Positions 1-11,159 of a stretch of DNA of 64,000 bases are shown here, piece by piece. The stretch comes from an uncultured Thermoleophilia bacterium. GTDB lineage: Bacteria; Actinomycetota; Thermoleophilia; UBA2241. Location of the stretch: positions 112,037-176,036 of the forward strand of contig CAWBRS010000002.1 of NCBI GenBank assembly GCA_963791345.1, read 5' to 3'. Position 1 is the stretch's first letter, and every line of letters starts with the position of its first letter. A program made the position numbers and the translations under genes. The notes under the pieces were generated by a model, which saw only the letters and a list, made by a program, of their open reading frames with translations, was not told where the DNA came from and did not search any database.

Positions 1-788
<788 letters not shown>

Positions 789-840
789 GACGACGGGTGA
801 CGAGGCGGCGGACGCAGCGGCCGGGCGCCGCGGCGCGTGA

Positions 841-1263
841 ATGCCGGCGACGCCTGAGCCAGGGATCCCAGCCGGCGCCGGGCGGCTCTTCGGGCTCGGC
901 ATCGACGTCATCGCCGCGGAGCGGATCGGCCGCCTGCTCGAGAGGCAGCCGGCCGCGTACGAGCGGCTCTTCAGCCCGCAGGAGCGCGCCTACTGCGACG
1001 GCTTCGCCGCCCCGCACCCGCACTACGCGGCGCGCTTCGCCGCCAAGGAGGCAGTCGGCAAGGCGCTCGGAATCGGTATCATCGGGTTCGTGTGGCGCGA
1101 CATCGAGGTGCTCTCGGGCGGCAAGCCGCTGGTCGCGCTCCACGGCGGCGTCGCCGACATCGCCCGGCGCCTCGGCGTCACGCGCGTCGAGCTGTCGCTG
1201 AGCCACACCGCCGGCATGGCCTACGCCGTGGCCGCCGCGCTGAAGGAGGACGCTGATGTATGA
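841..1263 (+). CDS. acpS: holo-[acyl-carrier-protein] synthase
   Basis: 140-aa ORF with the GIDVIAAERI motif and AcpS-like length; sits between glmS and nnr. Confidence 0.75.
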   Translation: MPATPEPGIPAGAGRLFGLGIDVIAAERIGRLLERQPAAYERLFSPQERAYCDGFAAPHPHYAARFAAKEAVGKALGIGIIGFVWRDIEVLSGGKPLVALHGGVADIARRLGVTRVELSLSHTAGMAYAVAAALKEDADV

Positions 1264-2849
1264 GTCCCTGCTGCTGCCCCTCTACACCGCCGACGCGATG
1301 CAGCAGATCGACCTCGCGGCGATCCAGGGCGTCGGCATCCCCGGCTCCCACCTGATGGAGCGCGCCGGGGCCGCGGTGGCCGCCGAGATCCTCGAGCGCT
1401 ACGAGCCCGAGGAGGCGGTCGTCTTCTGCGGCAAGGGCAACAACGGCGGCGACGGCTTCGTCGTCGCGCGCGAGCTCGTCGACGCCGGCGTCGAGGTGAC
1501 GGTGGTGACGCTGGCGACGCCCGACGAGTACAAGGGTGACGCCCGCCTGAACCTCGAGATCCTCCAGCGGCTGGGGATCGAGCCGCGCGTCGGGTTCACC
1601 GCCGCGGGCGAGGCCGAGCCGGGCGTCGTGACGGTCACGGAGATGGCCGACGTCGTCGTCGACGCCATCTTCGGGACCGGCTTCACCGGCGCGGCCAAGG
1701 GCGCCGCGGCGGCCGCGATCGAACTCATCAACGAGGCCTCGGCCGAGGTCGTCAGCATCGACATCGCGAGCGGCGTCGGCGCCGACGCCGGCGCCGTGCA
1801 CGGCCCGGCCGTGGTCGCCGACCTCACCGTCGCCCTGCACGCCGCCAAGGTCGGCCATTTCGTGACCCCCGGCGGCGCCTTCTCCGGCGAGGTCGTCGTC
1901 GTGCCCATCGGCATCCCGCCGCTCTGCGAGCGCGAGGCCGACGTGTGGCTGCTGACGGCGGTCGGGCTGCAGCCGCTGCTCGTCGAGAAGGGGTCGCTCG
2001 ACCACAAGCGCTCGGTGGGCACCGTGCTCGTCGTCGGCGGCGCGGCCGGGATGACCGGCGCCGCCCACATGGCGGCCATGGCCGCCCTTCGCGGCGGCGC
2101 CGGCCTCGTGCACTGCACGGCGCCCGACGGCGCCGAGCAGGTCAAGCCGTACCCCGAGGTCATCACGGTGCGGGTGCCCGGCGAGGCCGGCGCCTACACC
2201 ACGGCGAGCCGGGCGGCGCGTCGCCGACGAGGTGGCCGCCTTCGGCGCCGTCGCCCTCGGCCCCGGCCTGGGGCGCGGCGACGAGACCCAGCTCCTCGTG
2301 CGCGAGCTGCTCGCCGCCGACACGCCGCTGCTGATCGACGCCGACGGGCTCTACGCCCTCGGCGGCCGCCCCGAGCTGGTCGCCGGGCGCACGGCGCCGA
2401 CGGTGCTGACGCCGCACGAGGGCGAGCTCGGCCGCCTGCTCGAGCGGCCGGCGGCCGAGGTCGCCGCCCACCGGCTCGACAACGCCCGCGCCGCCGCGCA
2501 GAGGGCGAACGCGACGGTCGTCCTCAAGGGCGAGGCGACGATCGTCGCCGACCCGTCGGGAACCGCCTACATCGTCCCGACCGGCAACCCCGGCCTCGCC
2601 ACCCCGGGCACCGGGGACGTGCTCAGCGGCGTCATCGCCGCCCAGCTCGCCAAGGGCCTCGAGGCGACCGACGCGGCCTGCCTCGGCGCCTACCTCCACG
2701 GTCTGGCCGCCGACCTCGCGGCCGACCTCGAAGTGGGTACAGAAGGCATGGTGGCCGGCGACCTGCTGCGCTACCTGCCGGTGGCCATCGAACGCCTCAA
2801 GACCGACGACGAGGACGACGAGGACGAGGAGGACCAGCATCATGGCTAG
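1256..2849 (+). CDS. nnr: bifunctional NAD(P)H-hydrate epimerase / ADP-dependent NAD(P)HX dehydratase (YjeF N+C domains); frameshift near 2195-2231
   Basis: The N-terminal domain (GKGNNGGDG) is in ORF 1256.. and the C-terminal kinase-like domain (GPGLG, GTGDVLSG) is in ORF 2232..2849 in another frame; one indel is needed to join them. Confidence 0.8.
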
Positions 2850-3321
2850 GCGCGACCCAGAGCCGAGCGACGAGCCGCTCGTCCGCGACATCATGCAGAC
2901 CGAGGTCGTCACCATCTGCCCCGAGGCGACGGTCAAGGAGTTCGCCGAGCTGATGCGACGCAAGAAGGTCGGCGGCGCGCCGGTGGTCGACGCCGAGGGC
3001 ACACTCCTCGGCATCGCCACCGACGGCGACCTGATGGCGCTCGACGCCGAGCTCCACTTCCCGCACTACATCCAGTTCCTCGACAGCCTCATCTACATCC
3101 AGAGCCAGAAGAAGTTCGAGGAGCGGCTGCGCAAGGCGGCGGCGGCGACCGTCGAGGACGTGATGACGAAGGACGTCTTCACCGTCAAGCCCGACGACCC
3201 GGCGCGCAAGGCGGCGACGCTGATGTCCGACCACGGCATCGGGCGCATCCCGGTCGAAGTGGACGGCAAGGTGGTGGGCATCGTGACGCGGCACGACGTG
3301 CTGCGCCTCTTGGACCTCTGA
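2842..3321 (+). CDS. CBS domain pair protein
   Basis: 159-aa ORF with two CBS repeats (VRDIMQTEVVTI..., VEDVMTKDVFTV...GRIPVE); its ATG overlaps the nnr stop. Confidence 0.7.
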   Translation: MARRDPEPSDEPLVRDIMQTEVVTICPEATVKEFAELMRRKKVGGAPVVDAEGTLLGIATDGDLMALDAELHFPHYIQFLDSLIYIQSQKKFEERLRKAAAATVEDVMTKDVFTVKPDDPARKAATLMSDHGIGRIPVEVDGKVVGIVTRHDVLRLLDL

Positions 3322-4533
3322 TGCTCGAGGGCCGCGCGCGGGCGGTCGCCGAGGTCGACCTCGAGGCGATCCGCCACAACGTCCGCCGGCTGAGCCGCGA
3401 CCTGCCGGCCGGCGGCCGGCACTGCGCCGTGGTCAAGGCCTTCGGCTACGGTCACGGCGCCGTGCCGGCGGCCCGTGCGGCCCTCGCCGCCGGCTCGTCC
3501 TGGCTCGGCGTGGCGACCGCCACCGAGGCGGAGGAGCTGCGCGCAGCCGGCCTCGAGGCGCCGATCATGGCCTTCGGCCCGATGACGGGCGCCGAGCTCG
3601 GGCGCGCCGTGGCGGCCGGCGCCGACGTCGTCGTCTGGTCGGCGCCGTTCCTCGAGGAGGCGCGCCGCCTCGGCGCCCGCGTCCACGTCAAGTTCGACTC
3701 CGGCATGGGGCGCCTCGGCGTCACCGAGGCCGAGGCGCGCGACCTCTGCGCCACGGCGGCCGCCGGCCCGTCGCGGCTGGTCGGGCTGATGAGCCACTTC
3801 GCGACCGCCGACGAGGCCGACACGACGTTCTTCGAGTACCAGCTGGGGCGCTTCACGGCGCTCGCCGGCGAGCTGAAGCGCCTCTACCCGGACCTTCTCC
3901 GCCACACGGCCAACAGCGCCGCGACGCTGCGCCGCCCGGCCGCGCACTTCGACGTCGTGCGCACCGGCATCGCGCTCTACGGCCTCGCGCCCTCTAACGA
4001 CGACCCTTTCAAGGACGATCTGCGACCGGCGATGCGGCTGACCTCGTACATCGCCGGCGTGCGCCACGTCCAGCCGGGCGATTCGGTCGGCTACGGCCGG
4101 CGCTTCATCGCCGAGGCGCCGGCGCGTATCGGTATCGTGCCCATCGGCTACGCCGATGGCATCGCGCGTGCGCTCACCAACCGGGGTGACGTGCTCGTCG
4201 CCGGCCGGCGCTGTCGCATCACGGGCACCATCAGCATGGACCAGCTCACCGTGCGCCTGCCCGAGGACTGGGGCGTCGCCGGGCGACGAGGTCGTCTTCT
4301 TCGGCGCGGCCCGGACGGGGTCGGGCGACGGTGTGCCGACGGGAGCGCGCAGCGCGCAGCCGCAGTCGGACGGCGGTGCGCGCATCCTCTGCGAGGAGGT
4401 CGCCCAGCTCTTGGGCACGATCAACTACGAGATCGTCTGCGACGTCGGGGCGCGGGTGGAGCGCCGCTACCTGCACGAGTCGAACGCCGGCGACGACGAG
4501 GCCGGCGGGAGGACGGGGGCCGAGGCTGGCTGA
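3321..4533 (+). CDS. alr: alanine racemase; frameshift near 4270-4290
   Basis: ORF 3321.. has the PLP-site region AVVKAFGYGHG and the full Alr core. The conserved C-terminus (GDEVVFFG...RILCEEVAQLLGTINYEIVCDV) lies in ORF 4156..4533 in a different frame. Confidence 0.8.
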
Positions 4534-4585
4534 GTCGCGCGAGCGGGGCGGGTCTGCCGGGGCGCCGGGGCCGGCGCCCGCGGAG

Positions 4586-6088
4586 GTGTGCGCGGCGCTC
4601 GCCGCCTGCCTCGAGACCGGCGAGCGCGCGTGGATCGTCGGCGGCGCCGTGCGCGACCGCCTGCTCGGGCGCGAGGTGCGCGACGTCGACGTGGCCGTGG
4701 ACGGCGCCGCCGAGGCGGTCGGCCGCAGGCTCGCCGACCGCCTCGGCGGCGCCGTCTTCACCTACTCTGAGCGCTTCGCCGCCGTGCGCGTCGTGGCCGG
4801 GGGTGTGCACGTCGACCTGTCGCCGTTACGACCGGGGCCGGGACCGGTGGCGCAGGCTTCGGGCGCGCCGGCGCTCGGCGGTAGGCCGGCGCCCGACACG
4901 AAGCCGGTGATGGCGGAGGCCGCCGTGGACGCCCGCCTCGCCGCGGATCTGGCCGGGCGCGACTTCACCGTCGACGCGATGGCGGAGCCGGTCGGGGGCG
5001 GCGAGGTCGTCGACCCGCTCGGCGGCCGCGACGACCTCGCCGCCGGCCGCCTCCGTCTCTGCGCCCCGGGCGCCCTCGACGACGACGCGCTGCGCGTGCT
5101 GCGCCTCGCGCGCCTCGAGCTCGAGCTGGGCCTCGCGCCGGACGACGAGGCGTTCGCCGCCGCCCGCCGCGCCGTGCCGCGGCTGGCGGCGGTCAGCGGC
5201 GAGCGCCTGCGCGACGAGCTCACGGCGACGCTCGGCCTGCCGCGGCCCTCCGGCGCCCTCCGCCGTCTCGCCGACCTCGGTGCCCTCGCCGTCGTCCTGC
5301 CCGAGCTCGACGGCGTCCGCGGGGTGACGCAGAACCCCTACCACCACCACGACGTCTTCGACCACACGCTCGAGGGGCTCGACTACGTGCACGGCGTCGT
5401 CGCCCAGCTCGGCGGCGCGCGCTTCCTCGCCACGCCCGAGGAGGTCGGCCTCCCCGGCGCCGGGCCTCTGGCGCCGGTGGCCTGGGCCCTCCTGCTCCAC
5501 GACGTCGGCAAGCCGGTCGTGAAGCGCGAGGAGGACGGGCGCATCATGTTCTGGCACCACGACGAGGTCGGCCGCGGCATGACGCTCGTGGTCGCCGACC
5601 GCCTGCGCATGAGCCGCCGCTTCGCCCACTTCCTCGGACTCCTGGTGCGCCAGCACCTGCGCCTCGGGTTCCTCGTCCGCGAGCAGCCGCTGACGCGACG
5701 GGCGCTCGCCCGCTACCGCCGCGACGTGAGCCCGTACGTCTTCGAGTCGGTGGTCGTCTCGGTCTGCGACCGCCTTGCGACCCGCGGCGACAAGACCTCG
5801 CTCACGTCCATCGCCCGCCACTACCGTCTGGCGCGCGACGTGTGGTCGGGGGTCGCGAAGGCGCCGGTGCCGCGGCTGCTGAGCGGGGACGACGTGATCG
5901 AGCTGCTCGGCCTCGAGCCGGGACCCGCCGTGGGACAGGCCCTGGACGCCCTCGAGGAGGAGGTCGAGGCGGGTGAGGTCACCGACGTCGACGGGGCGCG
6001 TTCGTTCCTCAAGGCGTGGTGGTCGGCGCGGGACGCGGAGGCGGGCGAGGGAGACGGCGCGACGTCCGGCAGCCCCGAGGTGACCTAG
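4586..6088 (+). CDS. cca: CCA tRNA nucleotidyltransferase / poly(A) polymerase family protein with C-terminal HD domain
   Basis: Contains WIVGGAVRD, DVDVAVDG and RDFTVDAMA nucleotidyltransferase motifs plus an HD domain (LLHDVGKP, WHHDEVG). Start chosen at an in-frame GTG after the alr end; the exact start is uncertain. Confidence 0.7.
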   Translation: MCAALAACLETGERAWIVGGAVRDRLLGREVRDVDVAVDGAAEAVGRRLADRLGGAVFTYSERFAAVRVVAGGVHVDLSPLRPGPGPVAQASGAPALGGRPAPDTKPVMAEAAVDARLAADLAGRDFTVDAMAEPVGGGEVVDPLGGRDDLAAGRLRLCAPGALDDDALRVLRLARLELELGLAPDDEAFAAARRAVPRLAAVSGERLRDELTATLGLPRPSGALRRLADLGALAVVLPELDGVRGVTQNPYHHHDVFDHTLEGLDYVHGVVAQLGGARFLATPEEVGLPGAGPLAPVAWALLLHDVGKPVVKREEDGRIMFWHHDEVGRGMTLVVADRLRMSRRFAHFLGLLVRQHLRLGFLVREQPLTRRALARYRRDVSPYVFESVVVSVCDRLATRGDKTSLTSIARHYRLARDVWSGVAKAPVPRLLSGDDVIELLGLEPGPAVGQALDALEEEVEAGEVTDVDGARSFLKAWWSARDAEAGEGDGATSGSPEVT

Positions 6089-7020
6089 TGCCCGAGCTCC
6101 CCGAGGTCGAGACCGTCCGCCGCCGCCTGCTGACCTGCCTGCCCGGCCTCGTGGTGCGCGACGTGCGGGTCGCCGACCCGTCCGTCTGCGACCTCTCCGG
6201 AGGACGCGCTGCGGGCGACGATCGCCGGGCGGCGGGTCCTCGGCCTGCGCCGGCGCGGCAAGTACCTGCTCGTCGACCTGGGCGCCGTCGAGGCGTCCGG
6301 CGGCGGGGCGGATCGCCCGGCCGCCTCGTCGTCATCCACCTGCGCATGACCGGCCAGCTGCTCTTCAGGCCCGAGCCCGGGGCGCCGCGGTCGCGCTTCG
6401 TCATCACGCTCGAGCCCGCGACCGAGCTCCACTTCGCCGACGTGCGGCGCTTCGGCCGCCTCTGGTCGCTCGACCCGGCCGACGAGGCGGCGTTCTTCGC
6501 CGCCATGGGCCCGGAGCCGTTCTCGGAGGAGTTCAGCATCGCCTACCTGCGGGCGGCCCTCGCCGGGCGCCGGGCGCCGCTGAAGGCCTTCCTCCTCGAC
6601 CAGCGGCGCATCGCCGGCGTGGGCAACATCTACGCCGACGAAGCCCTCTTCCGCGCCCGTCTGCACCCGCTGCGCGCGGCGGGGAGCGTCGGGCCGCGTG
6701 AGGCGCGGCGCCTGCACGCGGCCCTGCTCGAGACGCTGCAGGCCGGCATCGACCACGAGGGCTCGTCGATCGAGAGCTTCATCGACCCGGCCGGCGAGCG
6801 CGGCAGCTTCCAGGAGATCCTCAACGTCTACCAGCGGACGGCGGAGCCCTGCCGGGTCTGCGGCACGCCGGTCGAGCGGCTGGTCGTCGGGGGCCGGGGG
6901 ACGCACTACTGCCCCCGCTGCCAGCCGCGCCGCGGCGGCATCGCGCCGACGGCGCGGCGGCTGAAGCCGACGGGCCCGGTCGGCAAGCGCGACGCACGCG
7001 GCGCGCCGTCGACGACGTGA
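6088..7020 (+). CDS. mutM: formamidopyrimidine-DNA glycosylase; two compensating frameshifts between about 6195 and 6320
   Basis: N-terminal PELPEVETVRRRL, HLRMTGQLL and a C-terminal zinc finger (CRVCGTPV...YCPRCQ). The conserved RRRGKYLLVDL motif is read only in an alternate frame across 6200-6310. Confidence 0.75.
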   Translation: MPELPEVETVRRRLLTCLPGLVVRDVRVADPSVCDLSGGRAAGDDRRAAGPRPAPARQVPARRPGRRRGVRRRGGSPGRLVVIHLRMTGQLLFRPEPGAPRSRFVITLEPATELHFADVRRFGRLWSLDPADEAAFFAAMGPEPFSEEFSIAYLRAALAGRRAPLKAFLLDQRRIAGVGNIYADEALFRARLHPLRAAGSVGPREARRLHAALLETLQAGIDHEGSSIESFIDPAGERGSFQEILNVYQRTAEPCRVCGTPVERLVVGGRGTHYCPRCQPRRGGIAPTARRLKPTGPVGKRDARGAPSTT

Positions 7021-7120
7021 GCGGTCAAAGACATCGCCGACCGGCGGCGTCGGTGAGCGGCGGCCTGAGCGATCGGCGGCGAGGACCGGGCGACGCCAGC
7101 CTTCGGGAACGTGAGCGCCC

Positions 7121-7982
7121 GTGAGCACCCTCAAGGTCGCGCTGCTGCAGATCGAGGCCGCCGGTCGCGATCAGGCCGAGAACCGGGCGCGCGGCGAGGC
7201 CGCCTGTCGCCGCGCCGCCGCCATGGACGCCGATATCGCCCTCTTCCCGGAGATGTGGAACATCGGCTACGCGCTCGAGGCCGGGCCGCCGGCGAACCCG
7301 CGCGCCGGCACGCGCGGACGCGGTCTCGCCGAGACGGCCCCTTCGTCACCCACTTCCGCCGCCTCGCCGCCGAGCTCGGCATGGCGATCGCCGTCACCTT
7401 CCTCGAGGAGTGGCCGGTGGCGCCGCGCAACAGCGTCACCCTGATCGACCGGCACGGCGAGATCGTCCTGACCTACGCCAAGGTGCACACCTGCTCCTTC
7501 GACGAGCCGCGAAGGCCCGCTCACGCCGGGTGACGACTTCCCTGTGGCGGCGCTCGACACGGCGGCCGGTCCCGTCCGCGTCGGCGCGATGATCTGCTTC
7601 GACCGCGAGTTCCCCGAGACGGCGCGGATCCTGGCGCTGAACGGCGCCGAGCTGATCCTCGTGCCGAACGCCTGTCCGATGGAGGAGAACCGCACCGGCC
7701 AGCTCCGTGCCCGCGCCTTCGAGAACATGGTGGCCGTCGCGCTGGCCAACTACCCCTCGACGCACGACGACTGTGACGGGCACTCGGTCGCCTTCCACCC
7801 CTGCGTCTGCGGAGAGGACGAGGTCGGCCGGGACACGCTCGTGGCGCGCGCCGGTGAGGGCGAGGAGATCGTCCTCGCCCGCTTCGACCTGGACGAGCTG
7901 CGCGACTGGCGCCGTCGCGAGGTGTGGGGCGGCAAGTACCGCCGGCCGTCGCTGCTACGGGCGACTGGTCGAGGACACATGA
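7121..7982 (+). CDS. carbon-nitrogen hydrolase (nitrilase superfamily) protein; about 3 frameshifts
   Basis: MSTLKVALLQIEAA...DIALFPEMWNIGY in frame 2, then frame 1 (LGMAIAVTFLEE...), then frame 2 (GAMICFDREFPE, LILVPNACP). Probable C-terminus RRPSLYGRLVEDT* in a third frame, ending in an ATGA overlap with the next gene. Confidence 0.65.
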
Positions 7983-8426
7983 CAGATCCCGAGAGCGAGC
8001 GGAACGCCCTGTACGTCGTCGCCACGTGGGTGCCGCGGCGGCTCGAGATCACCGTCGGGGCGCTTGGGCCCGGTGACCTTCGAGCGCGGCTGGTACGCGT
8101 ACGTGGGGAGCGCGCGACGCGGGCGCGACGCCCGCGTCGCGCGCCACTTCCGCCGCGAGAAGCCGCTGCGCTGGCACGCCGACTACCTGTTCACGGCGGT
8201 GCCCCCGCGGCTCGCCTGGCTCGTCGACGGTCCGCTGACCGAGTGCGAGCTCGCCGGCGCGCTGGCGGCGCAGCCCGGCGCTTCGCGCCCCGTGCGCCGC
8301 TTCGGCGCCGGCGACTGCCGCTGTCCCGGTCACCTCATCCGGCTCGCGGCGCGTCCCGGCGCCAGCGAGCTGCGGAAACTCGGTGCGAAGCGGTCCGAGA
8401 TTGAGGAATTCGTAGTATCGTCGTAG
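7979..8426 (+). CDS. DUF123 (GIY-YIG/Uri-superfamily-like) domain protein; one frameshift near 8062
   Basis: MTDPESERNALYVVATW... joins to ...VTFERGWYAYVGSA...RHFRREKPLRWHADYL, the DUF123 signature, across two frames. Confidence 0.6.
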
Positions 8427-8601
8427 ACGGCTCTTTGCTCGTATTTCGTGCGGTGCGACGGTCGCAATCGTCGTACTTCTCGGCCGATTCTCCACGAATT
8501 TCGTGTTAAAGCTCGAACCCCGTCGCGCCGATACCTTGTCGCCGAGAGAGATGCATCGCGTTCGTCAAGGGATCGTCATCGTCATCAGGAGGTCAGAGCA
8601 C
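8405..8601. promoter_or_regulatory. AT-rich promoter/operator region of the TasA-like operon with repeated ATCGTCGTA and TCGTCA motifs
   Basis: Local GC is far below the genome norm. ATCGTCGTA occurs at 8417-8425 and 8467-8475, related GAATTCGTAGTA / GAATTTCGTGTTA elements are present, and a CAGGAGG RBS sits 10 nt before the ATG at 8602. Confidence 0.35.
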
Positions 8602-9177
8602 ATGAGTTCGACTGCACACGTGTTGAAGAAGAACCGGGGCAAGATCCTCATCGCCATCGCGGCGCTGCTGATCGCCCTTGTCGCGGTCGTGGGGTCCGGC
8701 GCGTACTTCACGTCGGTCTCGAGCAACCCGGGCAACGTGTTCACGGCGGGCGTCCTGACGCACAGCAACAGCGCCGCGAACGCGGCGTTCATGACGCTCA
8801 CCGACATGTTCCCCGGCGAGACGCGCACCGGCAGCGTGACGCTCGAGAACACGGGCTCGGTCGACGGTCGGCTCTACTTGCGAGCAGGGCGTCCCCGCCG
8901 ACATCCCGGGCGCCAACGGCGGCAACCTCTCGGAGGCCCTCACCGTCGAGATCACCCGCGGGGCGACGGTCGTCTACAGCCGGCGACCTCGATCGCCTTC
9001 GTGGGTGCGGTCGACGCCGGCCTTCTCGCCGTCGCCGACGGCGCCCAGTCACGTACGACTGGGCCGTGACCTTCCCCGACACCGGCGACCCGGGCGGCTG
9101 CCACCAGCTGGCGACAACGCCTATCAGGGCAGCTCGGTCACCGTCGGACTACGCGTGGGAGCTCGTCAGCCGAGTAA
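8602..9177 (+). pseudogene. TasA/camelysin-like secreted protein with SipW-cognate signal peptide (paralog 1); at least 3 frameshifts
   Basis: N-terminus MSSTAHVLKKNRGKILIAIAALLIALVAVVGSGAYFTSVSSNPGNVFTAG, then SVTLENTGSVDGRLYL. Downstream family-like segments (NGGNLSEALTVEITRGATVVYS, YDWAVTFPDTGDPGG, GDNAYQGSSVTVGLRVGARQ) are scattered over three frames. The end is set at a rare TAA at about 9175-9177. Confidence 0.55.
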
Positions 9178-9353
9178 GCGCGACGACGCTGACCCCGACC
9201 GTGGCGCAGGTCCCACGATCGGCGGTGCAAGGCAGGACGTTCGGCTGGGCGGGTCGCGCGAAGCTCGACCCGCCCAGCCGCACCCTCCATCAGGTTCGGC
9301 GACACGTCTCCCCGCCCGTCGAGGCGGGGGAGGCACGCGGGCGAGGATCGGCA

Positions 9354-9923
9354 TGATGCAGCTCGGACTGCGGGTGAAGAAGCGGGTGACGCACGGCGGC
9401 GGACGCCGGCGCGCCTTCGTCCGGCTCGCTCTCTGGGTGACGGCGGTCGTGATACTCACGAACACGGTCGTCTTCTCCGGCGCCAGCTTCACCTCGAGCA
9501 GCACCAACCCCGGCAACGTCTTCAACGGCGGCACGCTCCTCCTGCTCAACTCGGGGGACGGGCAGCTGATCGTGAGTGCTCCGGCTCTCTGCCCCGGCCA
9601 GAGTCGAGCAGGCGACGCTGACGCTGACCAACGCCGGCACCGTCCCGGGCGACGTCGGTGTCGAGGGCGTCGGGCTCAGCGACATCCCGGCGACGCCGGC
9701 GCTGTCCGAGGCGCTCACCCTCACGTTCACCGACGTCGCCTCCGGGGTCGACCTCTGGTCGGGGACGATGGGCGCCCTCACCACGGCATCCCTCGACACC
9801 CTCGCTCCCGGCGACAGCCGCCAGTACCGCGTCACCGTCGCCTACCCGGCGGGCGCGACCGATCCCGCCCTGCAGGGCGCTCAGACCACGCTGACGCTGC
9901 GCTTCTCGGGGGTCTCGCTGTGA
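9354..9923 (+). CDS. TasA/camelysin-like secreted protein with SipW-cognate signal peptide (paralog 2); one frameshift near 9595
   Basis: MMQLGLRVKKRVTHGGGRRRAFVRLALWVTAVVILTNTVVFSGASFTSSSTNPGNVFNGG in one frame joins EQATLTLTNAGTVPGD...RQYRVTVAYPAGATDPALQGAQTTLTLRFSGVSL* in another. Confidence 0.6.
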
Positions 9924-10479
9924 GCCGGCTGGCGTCGTGGGCCTTCACCCTCCTCACGGTCTTCGCCATCGGCGTCGCCCTGCTGCTGATCGCGATCCCC
10001 GTGCTGTTCGGCTACGAGCGCTACGTCATCACCGGCGGGTCGATGGAGCCGACCATCCACAAGGGCGTCGGTCGCCTTCGACAAGGTGGTGCCGGTCGTC
10101 GATCTTCGGGTGGGGGACGTGATCACGTTCGTCCCGCCGGAGTCGTCGTCACCGGTCACCCACCGCATCATCGCCGTCACTGCCGACGAGCACGGGCGCC
10201 CGGTCTTCGAGACGCAGGGTGACGCCAACGAGTACGCCGACCCGTGGCAGGTGTCGTTGCCCGGCCCGGTCCAGGCCCGGTACTCCTTCCAGGTCCCGTA
10301 CCTGGGGTACCTCCTCGCCGCGCTGACGCTGCGCCCCGTGCGGCTGCTCGTCCTCGCCGTGCCCGCGTTCGTCATCGGACTCTCCCTGCTGCTCTCCGTG
10401 TGGCGCGAGGCCGTGGCCGAAGCGCGGCGCGAGCGCGACACGTGCGGCGGCCGTCGACGGACCGGAGGCGGAGTCGTGA
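9920..10479 (+). CDS. sipW: signal peptidase I, SipW (archaeal/ER-type) family; one frameshift near 10080; 3' end uncertain (10479 or 10583)
   Basis: One N-terminal TM segment, then YVITGGSMEPTIHKG; continues in another frame VGDVITFVPPESSSPVTHRIIAV...FETQGDANEYADP, then a C-terminal TM segment. Its GTG overlaps the stop of the preceding gene. Confidence 0.65.
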
Positions 10480-11159
10480 GGGGCCGTCTGCTCGGGCTGC
10501 TGGCGCTGGCGCTCGTGGCGGTGACGAGCGCGGCGTCGCCGGCTCGGGCGCCTGGTTCCACTCGCAGAGCGACTCGTACATGAGCGTGCAGGCGGCCCAC
10601 GTGCGCGACTGGCTGCACGTCTACGCTCAGGACACGGACCCGGGCGGCCTCACCGGCTACGCGATCCGCCGTCTCTCGAACCCGCCCACGCCCGCGGCGT
10701 CGGGTCAGGACGACGCCGTCGTGGTCGACCTCGGCGGGCTTCCCCGACGCGAACCACGACGTTCGACTTCCCGCGGACGATCACGATCATGACGCCGGCG
10801 ACGTTCCCCGAGGCCGGCGTCACCCAGGTGACGGTCGCCGCGACGCTGGCGCCCGATCCGGCGACCGGCGACCAGCCGCTGCGCCAAGGTGAGGCTCGCC
10901 GCCATCGGCGACACCCGGCGGCAGCGGCGACCGTGACCATGACCGCCGGCCAGCAGCTGCAGGTCAACGTGACGCGTGCGCGCGAGGAAGCAGTTCGTGC
11001 TCGGCCAGACCTATGTACCCGCGCGTCGTCCTGACGCTCTCCTACACCGGGGGCCCGACCGGCTACTACGTCTACGAGATCCCGATGGCCTGTCACCAAC
11101 GTCGGGCTGTGAGACAGCGCGTGGTCGGCGGTGTCGACGATGAGGGCGATGCGCGATGA
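10476..11159 (+). pseudogene. secreted hypothetical protein (signal peptide VRGRLLGLLALALVAVTSAASPA...); at least 3 frameshifts
   Basis: Protein-like segments (GAWFHSQSDSYMSVQAAHVRDWLHVYAQDTDPGGLTGYAIRRL; TFPEAGVTQVTVAATLAPDPATGDQPL; PRVVLTLSYTGGPTGYYVYEIP) are scattered over three frames between sipW and the third TasA-like gene. Confidence 0.35.

Noticed and set aside
2163-3020. Possibility that the many frame breaks are programmed ribosomal frameshifts or intein/intron insertions
   Set aside because: The breaks are single-nucleotide shifts with no slippery heptamer or pseudoknot context, they occur in unrelated genes of both essential and accessory kinds, and at least one sits in a homopolymer. 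Assembly indels are the simplest explanation.
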